A program made the translations under genes and the position numbers. A DNA stretch of 64,000 nt from Octopus vulgaris (Eukaryota): assembly GCA_951406725.2 (NCBI GenBank), contig OX597829.1, forward strand, positions 33,294,001 to 33,358,000, given 5' to 3'. Below, in pieces: positions 1 to 14,175 of this stretch. The notes under the pieces are model-generated. The model saw only the letters and a list, made by a program, of their open reading frames with translations. It searched no databases and was not told the DNA's origin. The stretch's first letter is position 1. Every line of letters begins with the position of its first letter.

Positions 1-150
1 AAAAGGTTGATAAATATGGAGATCTGAGAATTGAGATCGCTAAGATGTGGTAGCTACGAGAGAGTTGAACATAAAGGTTATCCCTGTTGTCATTGGAGCA
101 TTGGGTTCAGTACCACCCAATCTGAAAACTTTAGAAATACCCTACAATCT
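1..150 (+). mobile_element. 3' fragment of Dong/R4-type (RLE) non-LTR retrotransposon
   Basis: Translates, with disruptions, to KVDKYGDLRIEIAKMW..IKVIPVVIGALGSV, the typical RLE C-terminus. Confidence 0.7.
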
Positions 151-319
151 TGTGTTTTCACAGCATTGTATGCATGAAACTAATAGTAGCTTGTATTTAA
201 GTTACTGTCTATATTAAATGATATTTACCTTTCTTTGGTTGATCCCACTAACAGTGGAATAATAATACAAACACATACAAAAACACGCACACATATACAT
301 CTATAAATATACACATATC

Positions 320-483
320 TTTTACCTTTCACTTGTTTCTGTCATTGGACTGCAGCCATGTTGGGGCACTGCCTTGAAGGGCTCAGTTGACCAAATTGGC
401 CCCAGTAGTTACTTTTTAAGAACGGAACTTATTCAGTCTCTTTTTGCCAACCAAAGTTGCAGGGACGACATAAACAAGCCAAC
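320..483 (-). mobile_element. SINE family A, 3' fragment
   Basis: Reverse complement of the 3' part of 9899-10298 (CAGCATGGCTGCAGTCCAATGACAGAAACAAG). Confidence 0.7.
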
Positions 484-1308
484 ATATATACATATATTTC
501 ACGATTTTAATTCAGCATTCATCACAATTGTCTGACAAATAGGAATGTGAAACTCTGAGTAATAGTCTTGTGAAGATAACAGTGGGATAACAATAAATGT
601 CTTGCTATAGAGGAGATACTTGGCTTCTCATGTAGGAATAGAAGGGAGAGGAAGGAGAGATAGAGTTAGAGAGAAATATGGAAACAGAGTAAAGGAGACA
701 GAAATAGAAATACATGGTGTTGGAGATGCATCAGTGGTGGTGGGGAGACGATACACCACCCACAAGGTATAGTGGAATGTCTTTAAGAGTGCAAAGGAGA
801 GATGTTTAGAGCTGGGAAAGAGGTAATTGAAGCAAGTGATGGTGAGAAATATTGGAGTGGCTGAGAATGGAGGCATGGCAGAGATATGAGGACATATGGA
901 GTATGCAGGAAGGCATGTGAAGGAGAGTGGAGGGACCTGCAACAGGTGGTGATCATGGATGAGGTAAGAGGTGTTGGGAAGAACAGTTGTGGGGGAATTT
1001 TGACAGGAGACAGATTGTGTATGTGTGTGTGTGTGGTGGGGAGTGCATGGTTGTAAAAGACATGTCTGTATATATGGCCTTGATTTTACTTAGCTTGATA
1101 TGTAGTTTCAAGCACAGCAAATTGCCAGATGTCAAGGTCCCTTGCCATCTCCCATATAAATATATATAAAATGTTATTATAAAAACCATGATTCTTGTTA
1201 CATACAGGTGCCCAGGGTTTCCTGGTCAAAACAATAATTTATTTCACTGTTTTTCAAACAGACAACGAAACCGTATGTAACAATTGTGGTTTTATTATAA
1301 CTTTATCT

Positions 1309-1512
1309 AAGGTGGTGAACTGGCAGAATTGTTAGCACGCTGGATGAAATGCTTAGTGGTATTTTGCCCATTGCTATGTTCTGAGTTCAAATTCTGCCAA
1401 GGTTGATTTTTGCCTTTCATCCTTTCAGGGTAGATTAAATAAGTACCAGTTATGCACTGAGGTAATCCCTTTCCTCAAATTTGAGGCTTTGTGCTTCCAG
1501 TAGAAAGGATTA
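1309..1512 (+). mobile_element. tRNA-derived SINE family B, near full length
   Basis: AAGGTGGTGAACTGGCAGAATTG head (A-box-like), GTTCAAATTC (B-box-like), ends GTAGAAAGGATTAT; many homologues at 56.3-61.3 kb. Confidence 0.75.
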
Positions 1513-1619
1513 TAACTTTATCTTTGCTCTCTTAGCTGATTGAACACTATTCTATTTGTTGGAGTTGTACCACGTAGTTATATATGCATATATATATACA
1601 AACACACACACCATACACA

Positions 1620-2360
1620 CACTTAACTAATAGTCATGTTTTCTTTGCATTGGGAAATGTATTGGCCTTGGGCGCAGCATTCTCAAGTGATGTTAAAGTA
1701 TGATCATCAATGCAAATGATGTCACCTGCCAATGTATTCCAATGATGTTACACAGTTCAAGAGATGGTTAGTGATTCCAAGTATGCTAGGTCCTATGTTG
1801 CTGACAGTAAGATTGACATTCTTATAAACAATTGAGTAACCTGGAATGCCTATAAAAAGCTTCAAAATTCAGTATCAATCAAATATTTCAAAGCGAACTT
1901 GGCTTGTCTTCCTCAGGGCATGCGTAGAGTGCAGTTATAGAGCTGAAACCTAAACAATGAAGAAAAAGCTTCAAGATCACCTTGATGGTACGTCAAGGTA
2001 CCGTGATGGATGACAGCTTAAAACATCACATAGCATGATCATAAGATCAAACAAAAGATTTATGGACACATTCCATCTATCTTGATTATTACTACTCAAT
2101 CCTGGTAAGTTTTGCAAACCACTACTATATCATGCTAAGCAACATGCCATATTGGATGCTATATTTTGGACACTTGTACACTCAAATAGAGGAAGAATAT
2201 TACTCAACTACAGAGCCTCACAACACGAAACAGAGATTCTTGGCACAACATTGCGAGAGGCATTTTGGTTGCAGATACTAGTACAAGATGACTACAGAGA
2301 AGTAACACTTCTTTTTCAATGTATGTACATGCCAAGCCTAATACAGTGAAGGATGAAGAA
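1620..2360 (+). mobile_element. Degenerate RTE-type LINE RT/3' fragment
   Basis: Disrupted frames with AET*TMKKKLQDHLDGT, resembling the RTE C-terminal region. Confidence 0.5.
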
Positions 2361-5300
2361 TATGGAAATTAAAGAGTAGGAAAGAGGATGAGGGAAAGGG
2401 AAAGTGAGAGAAAGAGACAGTGTGGAATGTCAACAGATTACACTCCAAATACATATGTATACTGGAACAATGAACATCTGTTAACAGATTATAAGTCAAA
2501 CATAAACACTCACTCACTTTCTGTCTTTCACATACAGAAATACAGTGCTATAAACATCTGTCAACGCATTATACTTCATATACAAAAATACAGAGTTGTG
2601 TTGACATCTTACATACACATAAACACACAAGTGCCTAAATAAATCTATTAACAGATTACACACAACGCTCACAAACACAAGCATACACACACATACACAA
2701 ATACAAACCTATGCAAATATATTATACCTTTATAAGTCTCACTACCCACAAAACTCTTTAATGAATATCTGAATCACAAACGAAGGCCAAAGAAGCCTAT
2801 ATTTAGGTTGTTTTGCTTCAAAGCACCTCCATATCCACCCTACACATCTTGGAAAATTGTTATTTGACCAATGTAAGTTTGATGGTGACATATGTGGAAT
2901 GGAGGAATTCCATTTTACAAATTATTTTTAAGTTTAAAAAGTCAAATGATGAATGAAAGCTTTGCACATAAAAAATGGAAAATATAGATTAAATAACGAA
3001 ACAAAAATATCATTAAAACAAGCAAAAATTATTTCCAATATTGAGAGAGAGGGAGAAAAGAGAGACAGGGGGAGGGAAGAGAGAGAGCATAAAAAAATTT
3101 TAACTAAGAGAAGTCAATATTGTTGAATACTGCTTGTATGTATTAGGCCTCACATGCTTGACTTAGGAAAATGTTTTTTTAGATTGAGAAGTGATTGAAT
3201 GGTTAAGAAGTTCATTTTATAATCATGAGGTCTTGGGTTTGATTCCATTGTAGGGAATCTTAGGCATTGTTTTTTTTATCATAGCCTAAGGTTGAACTAT
3301 GTCTTTATGAAAGGAACTGACCTCCTAATTCCTCCAGCTGTAATCACATAGATTACTACATGTGGAATGACTTGAGAAAGATACCAACTACTCTACCTGC
3401 AACACCAAAGCCGAGCAGTGGCCGAGATGAAGAACATCCCTGGGATACAGTGAGGAATGCATGCACAAGGTGCTAGAGCTGTCTTGAGCAGCTACTTTAA
3501 GTAAACTGCTACCTCCCACTAGTTGATAATTTTTTGATTTTTTAAAATACTTTTATGTTTGGATGGGATAAACTATCAAATGTAGGCTGAACATACTGTA
3601 TGTAAACAAACTTTTGTCTAGGGCTTATATGCCCCATTATTAGACTATTTTGTTTAGTCATTGTGTGGTGATCGCTTATAAGCTTTAAGCTTATAAAATA
3701 CTATTTACAGAATTTTAAGAATTGATGCTGCTTAACAAAAATCTTTGTAGTAAAATAAAACCCTTGATTCAATAGCACTGTGAATAATTTATAGTAGAAG
3801 ACATTTACCAAAGGTGTCATGCTGTAGGACTGAACCAGGAACCATGTGGCCAGGAAGTAAACTTCTTGTCACACAAACACACACACATGTACAAAATACA
3901 ACAAAGGGAAAAAATAATAGTTAACATCAAGTAAATTAAGAAATTTATACACTACCCAGATTCTTTGGCTTCATAGCTGTATAATGCATTTGCTTCAAAC
4001 TACAATAGAGAAAAACACACGTATTTGAATTAAGTTGTACACAAGTAGTGTGTGTGTGTGTGTGTGCATGCGTGTATTATGCTGGAGTTTGCGTAATATT
4101 CAATAATTCAACGTTGTTTAAAGAACATATAATTATTTCAATTATTTGAAAATTAATATGCACATAGAAACACACAGACTAAGGAAATTTCACACACACA
4201 CACACGTTAATTTTGGTATAGTTAGTTTGAAGAAATTTTAGAAAAACTACATATTTACTGATGTGGGTTATCAATACACACAATAGGGTCAAATTTATTA
4301 TAAAATTAGCTTTGACAAAGAATTCACTTTTGCTCAACAGCTAGTTGAAAATATTTTAGAAGCGGTTAGACAAAACTTGACTTGCCACTCAAGACTAATT
4401 ATATGTATGTGTGTGTGTGTCTGTGTGTATATGTATGTAGGTATACTGAAAATCTTCAAAGTGCTTAAAATTTGATTAATTTAATTTAAGGATTATCAAA
4501 ATTTCAAACACCATGTACACCTTCAAACGCACACACAAATACAGATAGATGTGTATATGCACACATACATACACCGTATTTTGTGTTTAAGTCAAACAAC
4601 AATATATCTCAGGTAAAATCAAGTATAATATAATGTGACTTATACATGAGTAAATACAGTGAAAGCACATATACATGTAAACAAACCAAAATGCAAAACA
4701 AAAAATATTTTTTAAAACTGAAAATTTGCCAAGATAAAAAGAGTAACATCATTAAAATTGATTGATAAAGACAAAGATAAGATAGGTATTTGTCATCATC
4801 ATCACCACTTTAACAACCACTTGTTCATTCTTGTATGGTATAATCCCTTAGCATTTAACCTGCTCATATGTGACCCAAATATTCTACCTGTTTTATCTTC
4901 AAACTAACCAGATCCAACCTTTCATACCTACTCTACAATGTTGTTCTAAAAATATACAAACACACCACTGAAATATCGCATGATTGATTCAAAACAATGT
5001 GAATAAATAAGCATTACATTTGATAAAGAAATCTGAATGCTAAAGGGTTAAATGAATGTGTTGAGGAATATTTCTGCTTTCTGCTGCCAACCATCACCTG
5101 TTTCCAAACTAAGTATTATTTCCTCTAATCTGTTGAAGAAGGAACAATTCAATGGTCAAACATATTTTTGTGGAATATTGCAAACAAAACTGCACACACC
5201 ATTTATAGGAATTGCAGCTTTGTTTTCAATCAATTTGCATATGTCAAGACGTGTAAGACATATATGAACCACTTCACATGCATATATATACACATATATA

Positions 5301-5375
5301 TGCATATATATGTGTATACATACACATGCACATATATATATATAGATATAGATATATATATTTTTTTTTTATTTA

Positions 5376-5633
5376 TGTGCCCTTTTCAAGCCTAGCCAGG
5401 CTCATGGGCCCGGTTTCTGTGGCGTATGTGTTCCCCCGAGCTGGATGGGATGCTAACAAACAGGATGAAAGAGAGAAAGTTGTGGCGAAAGAGTACAACA
5501 GGGGTCGCCACCACCCCCTGCTGGAGCCTCACGGAATTTTAGGTGCTTTCGCTCAATAAACACACACAACGCCCAGTCTGGGAATCAAAACCGCAAGTCC
5601 ACTGCCCTAACCACTGGGCCATTGCACCTCCAC
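5376..5633 (-). mobile_element. tRNA-derived SINE family C
   Basis: Minus strand begins GTGGAGGTGCAATGGCCCAGTGGTTAGGGC (A box), followed by GGTTTTGATTCCC (B-box-like). Confidence 0.65.
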
Positions 5634-5648
5634 ATAGAGATAGATATA

Positions 5649-6875
5649 TTGAGTCATCCCATAAATAATGCGAATTTTTCAATTGCATGAACTAAAAGTC
5701 AGACAGATAAACTAACTGCATCAACTTACTATAAAAACCAGGTAGTAATTTTCCCTTTTCCTTATTCTTAGTGCAAGTTTTGAAGAGTGCAGTTTGATTT
5801 TAAGTTATTTTTTTAAAGCTATAATAGAAGTGACAAACGAGTATATTCTGCTTTATGAGTTCAATAAAGGCAACAATGCAATGGAAAGTGGAGGAATATT
5901 AATGCAGAATATGGGGATTTGACAATAAGCATAAGCCAGTGTCAATAGTGATTCCAGAAATTCCAAGAAACTACAGCCTAGAAGATGAGCCTCATCATGG
6001 AAGATTTGTAGAGCTTAACAAGGATGTCCTGCAGATCCTGGTGGAACAAAATCCCACTGTAACTGTTGAGGAACTAGCAGAGAAGCTTGGATTTGGTCAT
6101 TCAACCATTCATTGATACCAGCATAACATTAGAAAAGTCAGCAAATTGGGTCAATGGTTTCCTCACAAACTTTCCAAGTCTAATTGCACACAGAGAGTGA
6201 ATGTGTGCTCTTCTTTGCTGTCATGTCTCATGAATGAACTGTTTTTGGACTGAATAGTGACTGGTGGCGAGAAATGGGTTCTCTATAAAATTGTCAAATA
6301 CCAAAGACAGTGGATAGGGAAAGGAGAAACACCGGCACCCTAGGCTAAAGAAGGTCTTCATCAATGTAAGGTGTTGTTATCTGTTTGGTAGGATATGAAA
6401 GTTTTAGTCCACTTTGAACTTTTAAACCTAAACTAAATGATAAGAAAAGAGCTTTACTGCAAGCAGCTTAAGTCAATGCTGGAAGGAAAATGACCGTTTC
6501 AAGATGAAAGGTGTTCTTCCATCAGGATAATGCTCAGCAACATACAGTGAGGATGATATTTTAAAGGCTTGATCAGTTTGAAGGAAAACAATGTCCCACC
6601 CACCATATTCATCGGACATTGCCCCAACTGATTATCATTTATTCCGCAATCTTCAAAATAATTTGGATGCAAAAAACATGAATTCTGTAGACGAAGTCAG
6701 AACAGTACTGGAGGAGTATTCTTCATCATGGACAAATGAATTTTGGAAGAGGGGCCTTGCATTGTCTACCAGAGCATTGTAGAAAATGAAGGAGAGTATA
6801 TTTCAAATTAAAAAAGAACTTTGTTTAAAAAAAAATGCAGCATAAAAAACCTGCATTATTTATGGGAGGACCCAA
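5649..6875 (+). mobile_element. Full-length defective mariner transposon
   Basis: TIRs TTGAGTCATCCCATAAATAATGC ... GCATTATTTATGGGAGGACCCAA flanked by TA; motifs WFPHKL, TGGEKW, HQDNA, HPPYSSDIAPTDYHLF; many stops and frameshifts. Confidence 0.92.
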
Positions 6876-7189
6876 TATTTAAAATAATATGTATATTTAT
6901 ATATATATATATATATATAAATACACACACACATACATATAGACACATGCACATATATATATACAGGCATATACACATGTATGTGTGTGTGTGTGTGTAA
7001 TATACATACAATGGATTTATTTGTCTCCATCTATCAAATCCACTCGCATGTCATCAAGGCATTGGTTGGACCAAGATTATATTGCTAGCATGAAAAACAA
7101 GATGTGTGTATGTGGTGTGTCTGTATATGTGTATGTACATGCATATACGTGTGTGTGTATATATATATATATATATAAATAATCATTAT

Positions 7190-7715
7190 CATCACCACCA
7201 TCTCGAGTCCACCCTCCATACTGGCATGGGTCAGATGGTTTAACTGGAACTGGTAAGCTGGAAAGCTGCACTAGGTTCCAGTCTGATTTGGCATGGTTTG
7301 TACAGCTGGATGCCCTTCCTAATGCTAACCACCCCAATAATGAATTGGGTACTACTTAAGCGTTACCAGCAGTATCCGCAACTACGATTTCACTTGGCTT
7401 GACAAGTCTTCTCAAGCACAGCAAATATATATATAGCCTTGTGAATAGATTTGGTAGTTGGAAACTGAAAGAAGCCCTTCATATATATCTGTGTGTGTGT
7501 ATATGCATAAGTTTTTTGGACATCTGATGGTTATAAATGACCACATTGTTTTTTTTCTAGTGTTCCACAAAAAACATGTCTGACTATGGGAAAATATTAC
7601 CTTGGCTGGAAGCAGGTGAGGATTGGGGACAGGAAGGGCATCCGACTGTAGAAAACCTGCCTCAGCAAAGTCTGTCTAACCCATGCAAGCATGGAAAAGT
7701 GGACGGTCAATGATA
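7190..7715. mobile_element. Two oppositely oriented LINE 3'-end fragments (GAT/CAT-tailed family)
   Basis: GGATGCCCTTCCTAATGCTAACC (~7308) and GGAAGGGCATCC..CCATGCAAGCATGGAAAAGTGGACG (~7632-7705); same motifs recur more than 10 times in the window. Confidence 0.65.
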
Positions 7716-8454
7716 ATACACACACACACACCTTCATGGGTGTGTGAGAAGGCAGTGCATGCAAGCCGGCAAGCTCTCCCACCCCTCCCCAGAGATTCAT
7801 GACATTAATACCATTGATACCAAATTTGAATATTTACTCGAACATTTAGTAGGAAAAAAATGTGTATGGGGAGTTCGATATTTGAGGTGGTGTTAAACAG
7901 GGCAGTATGTAAGTCCTCCCTATATCTATCTCTGTGTTTCCAGTCTTTATTTGTCTATCTCTTTCTCTCCCTCAGCAACATCATTTAATGCATATTTTTC
8001 TTTATAGCAGACTGTGATTTGGAGGCGATTTGAAGGCTATTTCCTGTATGTTAAGTAAACAGGAAGAGTTCTCTCATCACCTTATACTAGGTGATAATCT
8101 GGGCTGCCTACTAGTGAATATTAAAGTCACCCAAGGAAGAGATGGTAGTGTTAAACTGGGTTATGTTTAAAGTGAACTCTGCTAAAGACAGATAGACAGA
8201 CACCAAGCACTGGTTTTAAGCCAAGATGGTTTATTAGGCATTCTACACAAGGACCTGGCTGATGTGTGTTAAATTCCTTTGTGTTAAGCCTATCACTGAA
8301 AGTGAACTAAATATAAGCACCCAAAGACCATGTGGTAGTGTGTATTCAATTCTATAAAAAATATCCATTGTATCTCACCACAACACACCCAAAAAACAAA
8401 ACAAAAAAAAATTAAGAAGATAACAATAATAGCAACAAGAGGGGAAAAAGTTAC

Positions 8455-8820
8455 CTGTCGTTTTGTATTGGATCCAAGAACAGGAAGGCTTTCATGACGT
8501 CTAGATGCTGATGATGATGAAGTTGATGATGAAGATGATTTAGACCTTAGAGCAGGTCCTGTCGACGTAGAAGCTGTCTGGTTGGCATTTTTTAGACCCT
8601 CCAGTAACCTTATTAGCAGAATGTTAGATGGCAGGTCCTCAACACGGTACGAAACTAGTGTTCTACATTCAGGACATCGAAGCTCTTTTTTTGTGCTCAC
8701 TATCTCTTCGAGACATCTGCGACAAAATGTGTGTTGGCATGGTAACACTTTGCTTGTGTGGTCAAGTCTCTCTAGGCAGACGGAACATTCCAGTAGCTCG
8801 TTCAACGCCTGTTCGTCCAT
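8455..8820 (-). CDS. SH3RF1: SH3RF/POSH-family E3 ubiquitin ligase, first coding exon (RING domain, 122 aa); gene continues toward and beyond the window start
   Basis: [68 protein letters not shown] matches the POSH/SH3RF N-terminal C3HC4 RING; phase-0 donor CAG|GTAACT at 8455/8454. Assignment to SH3RF1 rather than SH3RF3 is nominal. Confidence 0.93.
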
Positions 8821-9246
8821 CTTTTTTTTTTTAAACCAAAGAAGAATAAAAAAAAGTAATGATTTCTTTTGTTTTAAATGAAGATAAAAATATTTTCTTT
8901 TCTTGCCACAAGGGCAACAGATGGAAACAAAGACAATTTGTAAATTCAGGTGGTTTTACATCAAGAAGAAAAAACATAAATGAAATGAAATAATGTGAAA
9001 TATATGTAAAAGATAACTTCATACACACATATATATATATATCTCACATACATACATGTGTAATTTAGTAGAGTAAATCCATCCAATCACATTGAACTTG
9101 CTACTCTGAAACATCTGTACACAAATTTATTTGAAAGGTCACATATCTGACAAGATAGGCCAAAGTGAAAGTGAATAAAGAAAAAAACTCAGCACAGGCT
9201 GAGAAGTGCAGGATTGAGGTGCAAGACCAAAGCCTTTCCAGAGAAA
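8821..9246 (-). other. Candidate 5' UTR part of the SH3RF first coding exon
   Basis: Polypyrimidine tract plus AG (TACTTTTTATACTTTTATGTAG) at 9247-9268; an alternative AG lies directly before the ATG. Confidence 0.4.
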
Positions 9247-9898
9247 CTACATAAAAGTATAAAAAGTAACTGTAAAATTTGCGCAAGTTGTGAAGAAAAA
9301 TTGGCATAGTATGTGTATATGTAGGCATGCAGAGAGGCACAATGATGTTTGAGTGTTCATATATTGGAACTTATGTCAGAACTGTGATGTACCAACGAAA
9401 AAGAGGTGATACACATACTTACACACACACACCAAAATGTTTCTGAGATAGATAAGGTAACAATAGTCTGCAGCATCATCCAAATACTATTGTTAAAGAT
9501 CATCAGGAAAACAAATATCACCTTCTTATTGATGTACTAACACTCTCTAAAAGACTAACTTGAAAATAATATTGTGAAGGTCTCAAAATGTCAGACCAAT
9601 AGATTTCAGGAACCTTACTCTTCCAATCCAAACATATAAAAGACTAATAAAGAAACAAACTTGAACAAAATTGTGTTTCTAATAAGTACATATGTATGTC
9701 ATTATTAAGTTTATTTCAAGATTTCTTGCCAGCAGAGAAAGAACCGGTTTCTAACCTAGATTGAAGTCTCCTTCATTGGAATTTCAACATCAACCACAGG
9801 GTATTTTTGTTTGTTTGTATGTATGTATGCATGCATGTTCAGATTTGCATGTTTTATGTATGTATTCTCATGCATATAGTTGCATATCTAGACATATA

Positions 9899-10298
9899 GG
9901 CGCAGGAGTGGCTGTGTGGTAAGTAGCTTGCTAACCAACCACATGGTTCCGGGTTCAGTCCTATTGCGTGGCAGCTTGGGCAAGTGTCTTCTGCTATAGC
10001 CCCGGGCCGACCAATGCCTTGTGAGTGGATTTGGTAGACGGAAACTGAAAGAAGCCTGTCGTATATATGTATATATATATATGTGTGTGTGTTTGTGTGT
10101 CTGTGTTTGTCCCCCTAGCATTGTTTGACAACTGATGCTGGTGTGTTTATGTCCCCGTCACTTAGCGGTTCGGCAAAAAGAGACCGATAGAATAAGTACT
10201 GGGCTTACAAAGAATAAGTCCCGGGGTCGAGTTGCTCGACTAAAGGCGGTGCTCCAGCATGGCCGCAGTCAAATGACTGAAACAAGTAAAAGAGTAAA
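9899..10298 (+). mobile_element. tRNA-derived SINE family A, full length
   Basis: GGCGCAGGAGTGGCTGTGTGG head, GGTTCAGTCC B-box-like motif, internal TA/TG microsatellite, AAAAGAGT tail; near identical to 54846-55280. Confidence 0.85.
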
Positions 10299-10309
10299 CT
10301 CATATATTT

Positions 10310-12015
10310 AAATGATAAACAGCAAATTGCCAATCATCTCCTCTGTGAGGATCAACATATAAAGGTAATTTTTAGCCACATCGTTCTGTATCTTCCTGGG
10401 CTTACCTCTTCCACAGGTTCCTTCCATATTCAGGGAACGATACTTCTTTATGCAGCTATCCCCGTTCATATGCATCACACGACCATATCAGTATAACCTT
10501 CTCTCTTGCATACATCTAATGCCTCTTGTGCTTAATTTCTATTTCATCACGTTTACACTTAGTTGTATATGCACACTAACACTGTACATCCATTTGAGCA
10601 TGCTGGTCTCATTTCTTTCAAGCCTTCACATGCCCGTGTTTCACTACATTGCTGTTCATACACAAGCATCATACCATGAGCCTTTCACTCTGAGGGAGAG
10701 GCTCTTTGTTACCAACAAAAGTAATAGCTCTCTGAACTTTTCTTGGTCAGGTCCGATTCTAGTGACCAAGCTTGCAGAACATCCTCCCCCATGCTAATTG
10801 GGTCACCTAGACAACAGAAACTATCCACTATCTCAAAGGATCTGCATGGGTATTTGCAGAAATCTATTTCTCATATATTAGTGTTTATTGTTCCTGCACA
10901 TCTGCCACTCACAAAGACCATTTTCTCTATTAACTATCCTGCAATTCCACTTCTTATATGTCCTTAGCTTGCACTTGGTACACTGTATGGAATTTCTACC
11001 AACAACTTTTTCTACATATTGTGCAGGGCCATTTTCCTGAATGGATAAGTAATTTGTCTGCTTTCCTGTTTACTAGGACTTTGGTCTTTGCAAGGTTAAC
11101 TCTTAAGTCCTTCAATTCCAGATCTGAATTCTGCTACAGATTCAGTTATAAGAAAAAGGTTATTAGAGGAGCTACCATGGACACTCAGTCTTAAACTATG
11201 CTGTTATAGTCTGGGGGATATATAAGGGGTGCTGAGAACTGAGACATGGTGAACTCTTACCTACACACTAAGTTCCTTGTAGTACTCGTTGACATTCACC
11301 TTAATGACAGCATCCCTGTACATGACTTGGATGGCTCTCAGCAGCTATTCATCTAACCCTAGCTTCTGCATTGATCACCAGATGAGAGAGTGAGGGACCC
11401 TGTTGAAGCCTTTCTCCACATCATCAAATGCCAGCACAGTAGTTTATTTTTGGCTAAATGCTTCTCCTGAAGCTGTCTTACTGAGAAAATAAGATCAGTA
11501 ATGCTTCTCCCTGTCATAAAACCAAACTGCATCTCATCAAAGCTCACTCTCTTTGTAATTTGTTGTGTGACGACCCTTTCTGTATATTTCATGACCAGGT
11601 TCAATAATTTGATACCTCTGTAGTTACTTATGTCTAAGGCAACTTTATAGGAATTGACTATAATGCTTACAAGTCATTGCGTATGATGTCCTGGGCAATC
11701 TGATAACTTATGCAGGAGACTTAAGCTGTATTCCACTCTACCAATTATTTTAAGCATTTCAGCAGTAATTCCTGATGTATCAGGGACTTTCCCCGTCTTC
11801 ATATCCTTAAATACCTTATCTGCCATACTGCTATTAACTACGATAGATGGTCTCTCTCTCTTAGGTCTACATTAGGAAGACTCTTTTTCTCTCATGCATT
11901 CTTCATGTTTAGCAACCTTTCATAGCAGCACCACTATGTCCCTTTCTTTTCAGAATCACTAATTGTATTATCATCCATCTCTACACACTTCTCTCTTACA
12001 ACATCATGAGTTTAG
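10310..12015 (-). mobile_element. RTE-like LINE reverse transcriptase fragment, degenerate
   Basis: MQFGFMTGRSITDLIFSVRQLQEKHLAKNK RT motif and neighbouring disrupted RT frames. Confidence 0.85.
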
Positions 12016-12059
12016 GCAGTGTGTGTGTGTGTATATATATATAAATGTGTGTGCATGAC

Positions 12060-12878
12060 AAAGTACAAACGTGCTGAGAGTAAAGTTGGGCATAAGAGGA
12101 ATCAGATGTAACATGCAAGAGAGAAGGCTATGATGGTCTGGACATGTGATGCACATGATAGCTGTATAAAAAAGTGCCAATCACTCTAAATGGATGGTAC
12201 TTGTAGAAGAAGGAAACTTTGGAAGACAAGGGATGTAGTGAGAGCCAGGATTGTGTATTCCATCAACATGCAACATCCACACACACCCCCATCCCAATGA
12301 GCCAAACTACATCTCTTCTTCATGCACTATGCGTGTCTCTTCCCCAACTCCTACAGCCCATGCTGCTCTGTCATCTCTCTCTCTCATCCTTCTTGCTGTC
12401 AAGTTTTTCATTGCTATCCTGTAACCCACTAGATAGTCAGGTTCCACCACTCACTGCATTCCCCTTTACCTCTCCTGTCACCCTCTACACACTCATGAAC
12501 TCCCTGCCCATGCACCCTGTCTAATTCTCTACCACTCCATTTACATTCACCTCCTTGCATCTTGGATGTACGCTGGGCACATCACCACCATCTCTATCAA
12601 TCCAACTGGGGTAACCATGTATTTCCTCTACAGCAAGACACCTATTTCTGTCTCTCTGTCATAGTTTAACCTCTCATCACTTGACACAAAGCCGTCTCAC
12701 TCAATACTACTCTCCCTCTTAGTTGAGGGATCTTTGTCTTGCAAGTTACTTGTTGACCTCACTGGTGCTGGTGCCAGACAATAGAGCTTGGTGTAGTCCT
12801 TGGACTTACCAGTTCCTGTCTAACTGTCCCACCCATGCTAGCATGAAAGAATGTTAAATGATGACGATGATGATGATA
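12060..12878 (+). mobile_element. RTE-like LINE 3' end with (GAT)n tail
   Basis: KLGIRGIRCNMQERRL*WSGHV; ends CCATGCTAGCATG..GATGACGATGATGAT. Confidence 0.7.
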
Positions 12879-13513
12879 TATACATATATATGGGCAAGTT
12901 AGGTTAACATCAAAGAAGAAAAAGATTGTGGAAATTTTGAGATGAGCTGATACTTGTTGATACTGTAAAGAGAAGAGATTTTGTCTCTTGCTGTATGCTT
13001 ATGTTCTGCCTCTCTAAGGTATGGTTCTGATTGATTGATTAATATTTCATAGGCACAAGAATATATCTCATGCTTTAGTGTACTAAGAATATATATGTAT
13101 GTTTTAAGCAAAACTGCATGTAAACACCTTATTGTAAACATAGTATCTACATCAACCACTCTCACTGCTTTGTTGGCATTTCATTAGCAAATGTGTACCT
13201 TTTTTAACTGTCCATAGAGACACTGTTTATAAAACTGCTATCAATAATTTCATGGATCAATTTACATTCAGTCTCAAATGAAATCCTAACCTCAGATTGA
13301 AATTAGTTTAGGTGATCCTGTTTTTTTCTCTCCAAGACATGATGTTTGCACCTGTCTATATTAGAAAGAGTTGGCAAAAAGACATAGATATGTTCCTTAG
13401 TACAAGTATAACATTCAAACAAAACACTGTAAAGCACAAGTAATTCATATAAATCTGTCTGTCTAAATTAGGGACTCCTTAAGAATTGAGGTACACCGTT
13501 CGTGTTTACTATT

Positions 13514-13558
<45 letters not shown>

Positions 13559-13750
13559 TGTACATGTGAATACCTGTCTATCTATCAACTATAGTTAAGA
13601 AAATGGTAAGTGCACATTACAAAATGTATACTTATATGTGTGTGTGTGTGTATGTATGCATGCACGCACAAGCCTAGCTTGGGGGCGGTCTGCCCTGGGC
13701 GGCACACACTCTAGTTACGCTGTGTGCATACATGCATGTATGTATGTGTG

Positions 13751-13781
<31 letters not shown>

Positions 13782-14121
13782 GGGTACACATTTTGTAATG
13801 TACCTTTCATACGAGGGAGATTTGCTGTTATTTCCAGGGAGTCGAACGAAAATCAACCCTACGTGGAGGAGCCACTAATATCTTTGAGACTTGTTTGGGA
13901 TAAAATTGGAAGAGTAGACGACAATAAAAAGAAGCAGATCTTCAAACAATGAGATGAATATGAATGAAATTTTTTAGAAGTATTGATCTATAAGAAAGCA
14001 CAACTGAAATAATTCGCTTTGACGCACTGAATGTAAATGAATCTAGATGTGGACATTGGATAGATAGAATATAAACAGAAGGAAGAAAACATACACACAC
14101 ACACATGTTTGTGTGTGTTTG

Positions 14122-14175
<54 letters not shown>

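Noticed and set aside
8293-8454. Hydrophobic tail of the 175-aa ORF, suggesting a membrane-anchored RING protein
   Set aside because: It begins exactly at a canonical CAG|GTAACT donor and is T-rich intron read-through; POSH continues into SH3 domains in later exons
9899-9975. tRNA genes at SINE heads (also 1309, 5560-5633, 54846)
   Set aside because: A/B-box-like motifs only; no complete cloverleaf, and each continues into a SINE body
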